Below, piece after piece: positions 53,770 to 64,000 of a DNA stretch of 64,000 bases. Position 1 is the stretch's first letter. Each line of letters starts with the position of its first letter. Made by a program: the position numbers and the translations under genes. The stretch is from Octopus sinensis (taxonomy: Eukaryota): contig NW_021833603.1 in the NCBI RefSeq assembly GCF_006345805.1, forward strand, positions 1 to 64,000, given 5' to 3'. The notes beneath the pieces are model-generated. The model saw only the letters and a list, made by a program, of their open reading frames with translations. It had not been told where the DNA came from and ran no database searches.

Positions 53770-56700
53770 CTAGCAGAATTACCCGGCGATGCTCGGGGCT
53801 GAATTGCTTGAAAGTACTGTTAATGATTGCACTGAATTATGATGATTATTCAGACAAATATTGATATAAGTTTACGGCGAATGAATGTATTTGTAAGTGT
53901 ATAGAAAGCCGTGTAAAGGGGTTCCTACCCCCTCGTAGAATGGTGTAAGAATTGAATGTGAGGTTGCCTTGAAAAGAGCCATGTTGTTGTTCTCATAATT
54001 GTAAGAATTTGATAGTCATGGAAGGCGGTGTCAAACGTTCGCAGGTGAATAGGGTCTCTTCGTTTTCCACGAACGGCAGCGGATGTGCTGTTGCAAAACT
54101 TCATGCTGTGTTAAAAGAGAATGGATGCCCTATGTAGGCAAGAGGGGAATGAAGCATGGGTGAGTAAATATGGGTAATTTATAAAATATAGAACGATAGC
54201 ATCTACTCACCATATGTCAGACCGGCAAGACTGTAGTGGTGCTGATTAGATGAATCACAACACAGTGGTGGAGATGTTTTCATTGATGGGCGTTATGATT
54301 AAATTTGTTGTTGTATAAAATGATCTGTTGCTTAGTTTCCAAAGTGTATGTTGCGATCGTGTTGTCGCTTATGTAAACTTTAACAGTGAGAGTGTAAATG
54401 TAGGGGGTAGATGTGTCATGTACGTTGGATATAGAAGATGAGGCTGGTGGTTTGATGATGAATGGATAGAAATAGAGGTGAGCGAAGGACAGGTGTTGGT
54501 TAAGTGTGAATTAATGTCATGAAACGCCTAGAAATGTAAATGCCATCATAAAAGAGAGTCGTATGTAAGTGAAATACTAACGTGTTCGAAAATGATGAAA
54601 CGTAGTAATCCTATAAAACCTCCTTGTACACAATGTTTGTTGTTTTTCGTTGTGGAACGAATGCGAAAGCATCACTGTTGCTGCCGACGCGCGAGCAGGC
54701 AACATAAAGCTGACCATGAGAGAAACATGGCTCTCCAAAATGTATTCCCGCCACAGACAGTGTTTGACCCTGCGCTTTGTTAATTGACATTGTGAAACAT
54801 GGCCTTACTGGGAACTGGGACCTCCGAAATATGAAAGATAGGTTTGCTCCTGATGGGAAAAGATGCATCCTAGGTATGAGCACAACGTTGCCTCGACCGC
54901 ACCCTGTGATAATGGTGGCCTCAATCAGATTGGGAGATAAGGACCTAACGATCAAACGTGTGCCATTGCATTGTTTTGGGGGAAACAAATTTCTAATGAG
55001 CATTATAGGGGCACCAACTTTAAGTCTGAGAATGCGTGGTGGTAGTCCGGTGGGCTCAAAGGAATTGAGTACCTCTATTGGATAGTTGATGACGTCCTCT
55101 GGGTCAGGAGTTGTACCGATAGACTTATATACATAGACATCCCCAGGAATGAGTTTTAGCATTTCATCATTAATATGGTGAACAGTTTTATTCCTCGGTG
55201 CCAGAATAGCCCTTTGGCCAATCCAATCCATATTCTGATATTAGCTTGTAGATCTGGGAACACTGCATCTCTGAGATCAGAAGGCGTTTTAACAATGGTA
55301 CAAATGGAATCGATGGCAATATTACCATTTTCATCCCCTGGTATTTTGCCTTCGCCAAGTGCAAGGAGGGTGTGAGAAAATGCTGCTGATGTGATATCAA
55401 GTCGCATATGAGCACGCATATTGGTGTGAAGTTTGAGTCTTCACCAGTGGCCACAATGTAGATGACTTAAGACACGCACTTACTGCATCAGCTCTCGTCC
55501 CTTTGGGAATAACGGGAAGTGTTTGTCGGAAGTCCCCTGAAAGAAGAAGTGTTATGCCTCCCATGGGAGCTGAAGAGTGTTTGATGTCTCTGAGAGATCT
55601 ATCTAGTGCCTCAAGAGCACCTCTGTGGGCCACCGTGCATTCATCCCAAACGATAAGCTTGCATCGTCTGAAGACTTCTGCCTGATCGGAGCTGTTACTG
55701 ATGTTGCAAGTTGGTGTCTCAGTTTTCGCTAAGTCAAGCGGGAGCTTGAAAGTGGAGTGAGCTGTCCTGCCGCCTGGCAACAAAGTAGCCACAATTCCAG
55801 ATGATGCCACAGCTAGGTCAATGCCTTGTGTTCGCCTAATCTCAGCCAATATTAATTTGTTGACAAAAGTTTTCCCAGTGCCCCCAGGAGCGTGCAGGGA
55901 AAAAATCCCCCCAGCTTGGGTCCGGACTGAATTAACAACGGAGTTGTAAGCGAACTTCTGTTCTAGAAGGAGCTTTGGCTCATTGTCGGCTATATACTCG
56001 GCAAGCTCGTCAACATTAAAACATGTCTCACGCAGCAAATGTGAAGACAGAGTGTTTGTGCTTTCCGGTTTGTTGAAGGTAGGCCATAGACCGGCAAGGC
56101 ACTACCGCCCATATCAAGTACAGTATCTTCGAACGTAGTTTGTTACCACACAGCCACACCTTCTCCTATGTATGTGTGTGTGTTTGTGTGTGTGTGTGTG
56201 CGTATGTGTGTATGGGTAGATATATTATGCATGTATATATGTGTATATATATGTGTGTACATATTACATGTACATCTATATATATATACATCTACACATA
56301 AAATACAAAATACAAAGTTATATCTTGATATCGCTAGTAATAACAATACTCAAAATATATAACAGAATGGAATTGTAGGCCCGTCTCTGGCAATTTCGAT
56401 CAAGTGGATCTTGTCCTCCCTCTTGTATAGAAGTGTACGGCTGCAGCGAAATTCATTTTTGGACTTTCTTCTATCGAAGGAATTTTAACAAAAATGCTTC
56501 CGTAAAGACGGTGAAAATATTGTCAATTTCCCCAAACAGGGACACAATTCAATTTTTAAACAATAACCAAAGCCCCTTCTCCGAAAGGGGGAGGGTTACG
56601 GTTTACAATTATTTAACAAATGCAACACAACAACGTTTCCCTGACGAGGAACAAACAAACGTGATTACAATAGTCAAACAGTAATAATAATAACAAACCT

Positions 56701-57223
56701 TTTTAATTTATCCCCATTTATGTGAAACCACTTATTCAAGTTCAAGTCATTGATGCAATTTTATACGAATTGCTAATACACACACACACACACACACACA
56801 TAATAAGGGTGAAAAATTGAATATTAATTTGATTAATATGAATTGAAAACCAGTGGTGTAGCATATAAGACCATAGCGGATCTTCCTCTAGCAAAAAGGA
56901 TGACCAGTTTTAATGGCTCATCCCTGTTATATAATACTTTCACTTTAATAGTTTCACCCTTGCAAAGAGAAAGTAGGAGAAAGTGTGGTGGTAATAGCAG
57001 GAGTAAACCACTTGAAATGAGAGGCAAATCGTAAAATATTGAGTTTTCTCGAATTTTTGCTTAATTGGGGGTCAAATTGAAAAAACTTTACATGCCGTGA
57101 CCCAATCGAATCTACTTGGAAAAATCATAGGTAAATTCCAATTGAAGAAATTCTATATTGTAGAATTGTATTAAAAAGAAACATGGGAACAGGCAGAGAA
57201 AATCTGCCTTTTATCATAAGAGA
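53770..57223 (-). mobile_element. Helitron, internally deleted, both termini present
   Basis: 5' end A|TCTCTTATGATAAAA at 57223. 3' hairpin CCCGAGCATCGCCGGG followed by CTAG|T at 53770. Contains a PIF1 helicase remnant. Confidence 0.85.
54611..56038 (-). pseudogene. Helitron PIF1-family helicase domain, frameshifted
   Basis: APGGTGKT, GRTAHSTF, IVWDE, GDFRQTLPV, CNGTRL, SINKAQGQT and HGQLYVACSRV spread over three frames. Confidence 0.92.
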
Positions 57224-57361
57224 TATGTGTGTATTTGGAGCGAGAGCATTGCTTGCGTACTTGATGATGATGATGAGGAGGAGGAGAAGGAGGAGAATGA
57301 TGATGATGGATTATGATAATTCACTGTTACATTAGCTGTTTCATATTTCATCTATTGACAG

Positions 57362-57491
57362 GGTCAAAACACACTTTTTATTGGATTCAACGAGCAAAAA
57401 GACACCACGTATTCGATAAAAATCTCGGAATGTCCAGACAGTATCCCAGTATTCCAGTGTGCGGAAAATATTGGGAGTTGTACCCTTCCAC
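57362..57491 (+). CDS. PIK3AP1/BANK1-like gene, exon 3 (DBB/TIG-like)
   Basis: GACAG acceptor and C|GTAAGT donor. Open frame GQNTLFIGFNEQKDTTYSIKISECPDSIPVFQCAENIGSCTLP. Phase 0 to 1. Confidence 0.8.
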
Positions 57492-57713
57492 GTAAGTTAT
57501 AACATATATGTCTATAAGTGTGTATGTGTGTATAAAATCAATACCATGTTCTCATGTGTTAGCAGTGCGATTTACACTACTTGCTAGGGTCATCTCTACA
57601 GATATTCCATAGAAATTATAACCAACACTGATTTTCGTTACGACGTTTCGTACCCGAGACGTCAGATGTAAAAAAACGAATAATGCGATCGAAGATGAAA
57701 AAAGGATGATGTA

Positions 57714-57757
57714 GGTATATGCCACTTTTCGGGAGCTTTTTCTCCTTCATCAGCACC
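57714..57757 (-). ncRNA. Hammerhead-like motif with a weak stem III
   Basis: Minus strand reads GGUG-CUGAUGA-A-GGAG/CUCC-C-GAAA-AGUGGCA-UA-UACC. Confidence 0.45.
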
Positions 57758-57889
57758 CATCTAATCCCTTATTCATCCACAAACACATTGCTTAAATAAC
57801 AAGTTAATACAACGATGTAACATTATTGGATATGGCATTAATATTTGCGTACTGCCTCCTAGGAATGTGTTTAATATGTAAGATTGGAA

Positions 57890-58103
57890 GGCGGCGAGCT
57901 GGGAGAAACGTTAGCACGCCGGCCGAAATGCTTAGCAGTATCTCGTCTGCCGTTACGTTCTGAGTTCAAATTCCGCCGAGGTCGACTTTGCCTTTCATCC
58001 TTTCGGGGTCGATAAATTAAGTACCAGTTGCATACAGGAGTCGATCTAATCGACTGGCCCCGCCTCCTGTAAAATTTCTAGCCTTGTGCATAGAAGTAGA
58101 AAA
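57890..58103 (+). mobile_element. SINE family B, full length
   Basis: GGCGGCGAGCTGG head, GAGTTCAAATTCC B box and a GTCGACTTTGCCTTTCATCCTTTCGGGGTCGATAAA core resembling the Meta domain. Other copies near 15470, 30920, 32230, 47230, 49650, 58860-59320 and 61142-61370. Confidence 0.85.
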
Positions 58104-58279
58104 AGAAAATGTAACATTGGTTATATATACCGTTGTCATTATATTCATCATCATCGTCATTACCGCCAACACCTCCACCATTTCCCCACTAACTTCCCCA
58201 CCACCCTTACCGTTACCATTCTCCTTAGCACGCTATTAATATTAAGTTTGTTTTTTGCTGGGCTTTTTTTTTTCTGCAG

Positions 58280-58438
58280 AATGTAAACCCGGACACAAAA
58301 CTGTACAGTTGTTTGACGATAAGCGTCCTGAAGAGCAAGTATTCGCTTCAAATATTCTGATAATCACCACAGAATCCTTGGTCAATGACATATTCGAGTA
58401 CTACAGATCTTGCAAGTCTCCAAACATAAATTATAGAG
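58280..58438 (+). CDS. PIK3AP1/BANK1-like gene, exon 4
   Basis: Poly-T CTGCAG acceptor and AG|GTAAAT donor. Open frame CKPGHKTVQLFDD...NINYR. Phase 1 to 1. Confidence 0.8.
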
Positions 58439-59504
58439 GTAAATTTTACATTAGTGTGTAAATATTTGAAACATTCTGTAAGTATGTATGTTTTTATAGA
58501 TGTGTGTGTAAGCACATATACATATGTGCATACATACAAACATACATACATACATACATACATACATACATACATACATACATTACATACATACATACAA
58601 CATACATACATACATACATACATACATACATACATACATACGTAATACATACATACATACATGCATACATACATACATACATATACATACATACATGCAT
58701 ACATACATACATACATACATACGTAATACATACATACATAATACATACATACATACATACATACATACATACATACATACATACATACGTACATACAAAC
58801 ATACATACATACATACATACATACATACATACATACATACATACATACATACATACATAAGTACCAGTTACGCACTTAATCCCTTCGTCTGTCCTTGTTT
58901 GTCCCTTCTATGTTTAACCCCATGTGGGCAATAATGAAATAAGAAACGTTAGCACGCCGGGCGAAATGCTTTGCGGTATTTCGTCTGCCGTTACGTTGTG
59001 AGTTCAAATTCCGCCGAGGTCGACTTTGCCTTTCATCCTTTTGGGGTCGATAAATTAAGCACCAGTTACGCACTGGGGTCGATGTAATCGATTTAATACC
59101 TATGTCTGTCCTTGTTTGTCCCCTCTATGCTTAGCTCCTTGTGGGCAATAAAGAAATATGTATTTCGTCTGTTTTTATGTTCTGAGTTCAAATTCCACCG
59201 AGGTCGATTTTGCCTTTCATCCTTTCGATGAATTAAGTACCAGTTGCGTACTGGGGTTGATCTAATCGATTGGCCCTCTCCCCCAAAATTTCGGGTCTTG
59301 TGCCTAGAGTAGAAAAGAATATTTACACGAGGCATAATTCTTATTCGGTGAGCATTAAGTTTTTACTTACAATACCATATTGAATAACATCAGTATTACA
59401 ATAATTAACATGTCTCCATAATTAACATGTCTCCATCATCGTTGTCATCGCCATCTTTGTATTTGACGGATCGCTTTTTCTTTTTTCCGTTTCTTCATTC
59501 TCAG

Positions 59505-59605
59505 GTTTTACCAAATCTAAGAATATTTTCAAAGGTCTACATAACTTTTACCAAGGGCTCCTTTCGGATATAGTGAAAGATTCATTGAATGTTTCAGAGA
59601 CTGAA
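59505..59605 (+). CDS. PIK3AP1/BANK1-like gene, exon 5
   Basis: Long pyrimidine tract plus CAG. Open frame GFTKSKNIFKGLHNFYQGLLSDIVKDSLNVSETE. Donor GTAATT. Phase 1 to 0. Confidence 0.65.
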
Positions 59606-59608
59606 GTA

Positions 59609-59666
<58 letters not shown>

Positions 59667-59675
59667 TTTTTATTA

Positions 59676-59719
<44 letters not shown>

Positions 59720-59876
59720 TATTATTATTATTATTATTATTATCGTCGTTGTTGTTGTTGTTGTTAGTATTAGTATTATTAGTATAATTAGTATTAGTAT
59801 TTAAGGCTGCGAACCGGTGGAATCGTTTCATCGTTACATCCTTTCGGAATCGATGAAATAAGTACCAACAATTTGC

Positions 59877-59930
<54 letters not shown>

Positions 59931-59957
59931 TATTATTATTATTATTATTACTATTAC

Positions 59958-60011
<54 letters not shown>

Positions 60012-60313
60012 TATTATTATTATTATTATTATTTAATTTTTCTCCCTCTTTGAATTTTGTTTTCATTTCTTGCCGAGTGTCTTCCCGATACATAGGGCAG
60101 AGAAACTCACTGTATACATTGGTAGGCCATTAAAATAAACACAGTAGATTTTCATTTACAAAGTTATGTAATAGAAAGAAAGAGATAAAAAAAGGGAAAG
60201 AAAAAGACAAAAAGAAAAAGAAACTCGAAAAAGAAAGTAAAAGAAGAGAAAAAGAAAAAAAAAATCCACAGCGATAAACCTCTTGTCAATACGTGTGACG
60301 TACAACTTTAAAC

Positions 60314-60631
60314 CAGAGACTCTCAAAGTTTTTGCCCCCCCCCTCACCTCATGGCACCATGATACCCCCAGCGCCTACCCCTATTTGTTGTATAAATAAT
60401 AAATTTTATATTTTACTAATTTATATATACTATGAATCATTTGTCAGTTAATATAATATTATATAATTTGTATACAAAACTATAATAATATTATAATAAA
60501 TTCATAGCTTCCCCCAATTCACTGCCTTCCTCCAATGCCTCCTTTTTCTCCACCGCCTATCTCCACCAGCGCCTACCTGGACCGTCTCAACGTCCAACGG
60601 TGTGTGGTAGCGCCCGCTTTGAGAACCTATG
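60314..60631. mobile_element. hAT-type MITE
   Basis: TIRs CAGAGACTCTCAAAG / CTTTGAGAACCTATG. TSD CTTTAAAC / CTTTAGAT. Confidence 0.55.
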
Positions 60632-60654
60632 CTTTAGATAACCTATCGCACTTT

Positions 60655-60882
60655 TTGCATGGATGGTAAACCAGGGATCATCCTCAAATACTTTTCTGTT
60701 CCTTTTTTGATCATTCCAAGTGTTCCTACAATCACTAATAAAACAACTGCCTTGAGAAACCAAAGGGTTTTCGATTTCATTGAGGAAATTTTTATACTTT
60801 CTGACCTTGTCTAATGTTTTGCAGAGATATTATGATCACAAGGCATGTTGATCAATAAACAAACTTTATCATTTTGGTCTTG
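60655..60882 (-). mobile_element. Dong/R4 subfamily 2 endonuclease fragment (3' UTR piece at 60035-60150)
   Basis: QDQNDKVCLLINMPCDHNISAK matches 30440-30510. Confidence 0.75.
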
Positions 60883-60915
60883 CATGCATGCATACATACA
60901 TACATACATACATAT

Positions 60916-60946
<31 letters not shown>

Positions 60947-61525
60947 CATGCATACATACATACATACATACATACATACATGCATACATGCATACATACA
61001 TACATACATACATACATAATACATATATGCATACATACATACATACATACATACATACATACATACATACATACATACATGCATACATACATACATACAT
61101 ACATACATACATACATACATACATACATACATACATACATAAGGCGGCGAGCTGGCAGAGACGTTAGCACGCCGGGCGAAATGCTTAGCGGTATTTCGTC
61201 TGTCGTTACGTTCTGGGTTCAAATTCCGCCGAGGTCGACTTTGCCTTTCATCCTTTCGAGATCGATAAATTAAGTACCAGTTGCGCACTGGGGTCGATGT
61301 AATCGACTTAATCCGTTTGTCTGTCCTTGTTTGTCCCCTCTGTGTTTAGCCCCTTGTGGGTAATAAAGAAAAAAAATTCATACATACATACATGCATGCA
61401 TACATACATACGTACATGCATACGTGCGTATGTGTGTGTATGTGAATGTACGAGTGTGTGTGTGTGTGTGTGTGGTGTTTGTCGGGGGTGGATGGATATA
61501 AACTTTGTCTTTTCTCTATTTTCAG

Positions 61526-61556
61526 GACGACAAGGCACCTCCTTTACCAGAGAGAA
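61526..61556 (+). CDS. PIK3AP1/BANK1-like gene, exon 6 (DDKAPPLPER); 3' boundary uncertain
   Basis: TTTTCAG acceptor in phase 0, candidate GTGAGT donor, and a PPLPER SH3-ligand-like motif. Confidence 0.6.
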
Positions 61557-62148
61557 GTGAGTACATTAATGCCATATTTTTGTTAATAACGGCACAACGT
61601 CCCCTTCTTTCATTTCGCCTCCTCATCCTTTCAATACTAACATACTGTCTCCCCTCCTGGGCCCTTGAGTTCAGACGGTACAAATGAGTAATCCTACGAC
61701 GGACCAGGGAATAATATATACCCAAAGAAAACCAGAAAACCGACCCTATTCTCCTTATGGAATAATGTGGACTAACCCAACACATATGTTGTTCCCGGTC
61801 CCGTTTGAGTCCTTATTTATCAGAATAAAAACATACACAAAATTATTTAAATAAACTAGCTAATTAAAAAAAATCTCTATTACAGAGGAAAGCAGTAGCA
61901 ATACTGAAAAATAATTATTGTCGCCATCTAAACAGGAGTGTTCTGGAAGAACAGACGATACTGCTATTTTAACCCCAGGAGGACACCTCCTCCAGCTGGC
62001 TATTCAGTATGCTTCGTACTAGGTATATATAGCAAGCAGAGAGAGAGAACTCACTCCTATTCCAGCTATCGAGACAACCAGACCTTTCGGCTTCGACCTT
62101 ATTATGGTCAACTTTGGTTATGGATTCTCGTCTGTTAGACATAGTAGT

Positions 62149-62659
62149 CATCATCATCATCATTGTTCGACCGTGGTCGAGGCAATGGAATTTACCATGC
62201 TACGCCAGACTTCACGGTCCATCATGGCATTACGGAGGTCCTGTTGCTGGATGCCTGTATCCCTGGAGATTACATCAGGGTAGGAGAGTGTGCACCCTCT
62301 GGTATTGCGAGTAGATGGCTTCCAGAGGAGAAGAGTAGAAATTACCTCTTTTTCAGCTCTACAACAATGTCCAGCAAACTGGTCAGCCTGTAATGACATG
62401 CATAAGATCTGGTCATCAAATCTAAGTAGAGACTTCAAACTTGAAATCTTCAAAGCCACAGTCGAACCAATTCTACTATATGGCTCAGAAACCTGGACGC
62501 TATCAAAGAAGCTTGAGAGGCGATTGGATGGAACCTACACTCGCCTCCTTATGAGAGCTCAAAATCTCTCGTGGAAGCGCCATCCAACCAAAATGCAAAT
62601 ATATGGGAAACTACCACCTGTGTTATCTCTTGTGAAAGGTAAGAGAGTCCAGTTTTCAG
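62149..62659. mobile_element. RTE-clade LINE insertion with a 5' inversion
   Basis: ILLYGSETWTL on + (62380-62659). The 3' end and (TGA)n tail are on - (62149-62381). TSD GACATAGTAGT. Confidence 0.88.
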
Positions 62660-64000
62660 GACATAGTAGTAGTTTACCCCAGCTTGCAATATATTAGAAA
62701 TTAACTGATATACAGTCAGTGATTTTGTAGTAAAAAAACTAGCTCGTTAAGAAAATCTCTATAAGAGACGAAAGCAGCACCTATACGGAAAAGTAATGAT
62801 TATCGTCACATTTAACTCGGGAAAGCACCAAAACACCAAAATATCTGATATTAGGGATGTTTATGTCTTCCTCCCCTGATAAACCAAACAGACGATGCTT
62901 GCTACAAGAACCTTTAAAATGGAATTCAACGAAACTTGGTTGGAAATGTTGCTGTTACTAATTTTATATTTAAAACATACTTAGAAATTATCTGGTGGAT
63001 GTAAGATATAAGATAAACATTAAATAAGATACTATAATTTAGGAAAAAAGCGTATAATTTAAGAAAAAATGATGTTCTAGTGAAGAGAACAATAAAATTA
63101 TGAATCTTTTCATTCTGGTCTTCAATACAGTTTTGAGCATTTCTTTTTTTTATTTTTATGTCTTTTCCCTGCTCCTCGCCAAAATAGGTTTTATACATCT
63201 GATTACGGAAATTATAAAAAAACATGGGAAATAACAAAGAATTCCCAACAGCAGAGTTATTTGCTCTTACAACGAGCGTTCCTGAAATGATTAGGTTAAT
63301 AATGATGGCCTACTAAAGATGATGTTTGGTCGGGATACCTAGTTATGATAAATATTAGCCAGGAGGGTCGCATCTAAAAAATTTTAACTCTACAAAAGCC
63401 CTTGGCTCTTATATATTTCCTTATATATATTCTCTAAAGGGTTCTCATGGTTCATATGAGCTTACTATAGACAATTTAATTTTATATGAATGCGCATGAT
63501 CTGGTGGTTAGAGTGTTGTGCTAACAATCGCGATATCGTGAGCTCAATTCCTGGGCTGGCGCATTGTGATCGTGAGCAAAACACTTCATTATATGTTGCT
63601 TTGTGATCACTTTCGCATCTGTCATGAAGCATCTGTACAGATAATGACGACTTGAGGGAAGGCATGAGGTAATGTGCAGCACGATCATTTAATCACTGTA
63701 AACAAATAATTTGTGTAGATTGATGAGCAGGAAATTGCAAAATCGTATTTCCCGGGTCCCAGAGGGTACCCTACCATACAGAGATTCTTCTTATGTAATT
63801 AGCTAAAATTAACTTATGCAGGTATATACCGCTACCTCTTAGTAGAGTCGGTGTGGCATCGGAGAAAATGTTTTCCCATATTTTTATTTTGGCTCCTTGC
63901 CTTCTCAAATTCTGCTGAGATCACCTTCACTTTTTACTTTTTCAACGTTGATGAAGTAAAGTACAAAGTACCAGTCTGAAACCTTAGCCGAATGGATTTG

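Noticed and set aside
54611-56038. Host PIF1 helicase gene
   Set aside because: It is frameshifted, intronless and enclosed by Helitron termini.

Overview
Repeat-dense eukaryotic DNA: AT-rich, full of microsatellites, with tRNA-derived SINE families of the kind seen in octopus. The octopus/cephalopod assignment is inferred from repeat style only. Two host genes are supported. (1) A secreted laccase-type multicopper oxidase with a single coding exon (32592-34511, +). (2) A spliced PIK3AP1/BANK1/Dof-like TIR+DBB adaptor gene that the ORF track misses; its exons at 48410, 51837, 57362, 58280, 59505 and 61526 were joined by hand and the phases match. The rest is mobile DNA: Dong/R4 LINE pieces nested in (TAA)n around the laccase, CR1, Tx1-like, RTE and Penelope fragments, a Helitron with both termini, mariner and hAT remnants, SINEs and three minisatellites. 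The most unusual signal is at least 8 intact-looking and about 5 decayed type I hammerhead ribozyme motifs from several unrelated sequence families. Several lie inside long fold-back (inverted-repeat) elements embedded in (TA)n, so the same element carries a ribozyme on both strands. All ribozyme folds and exon joins were read by eye; nothing was computed or searched.
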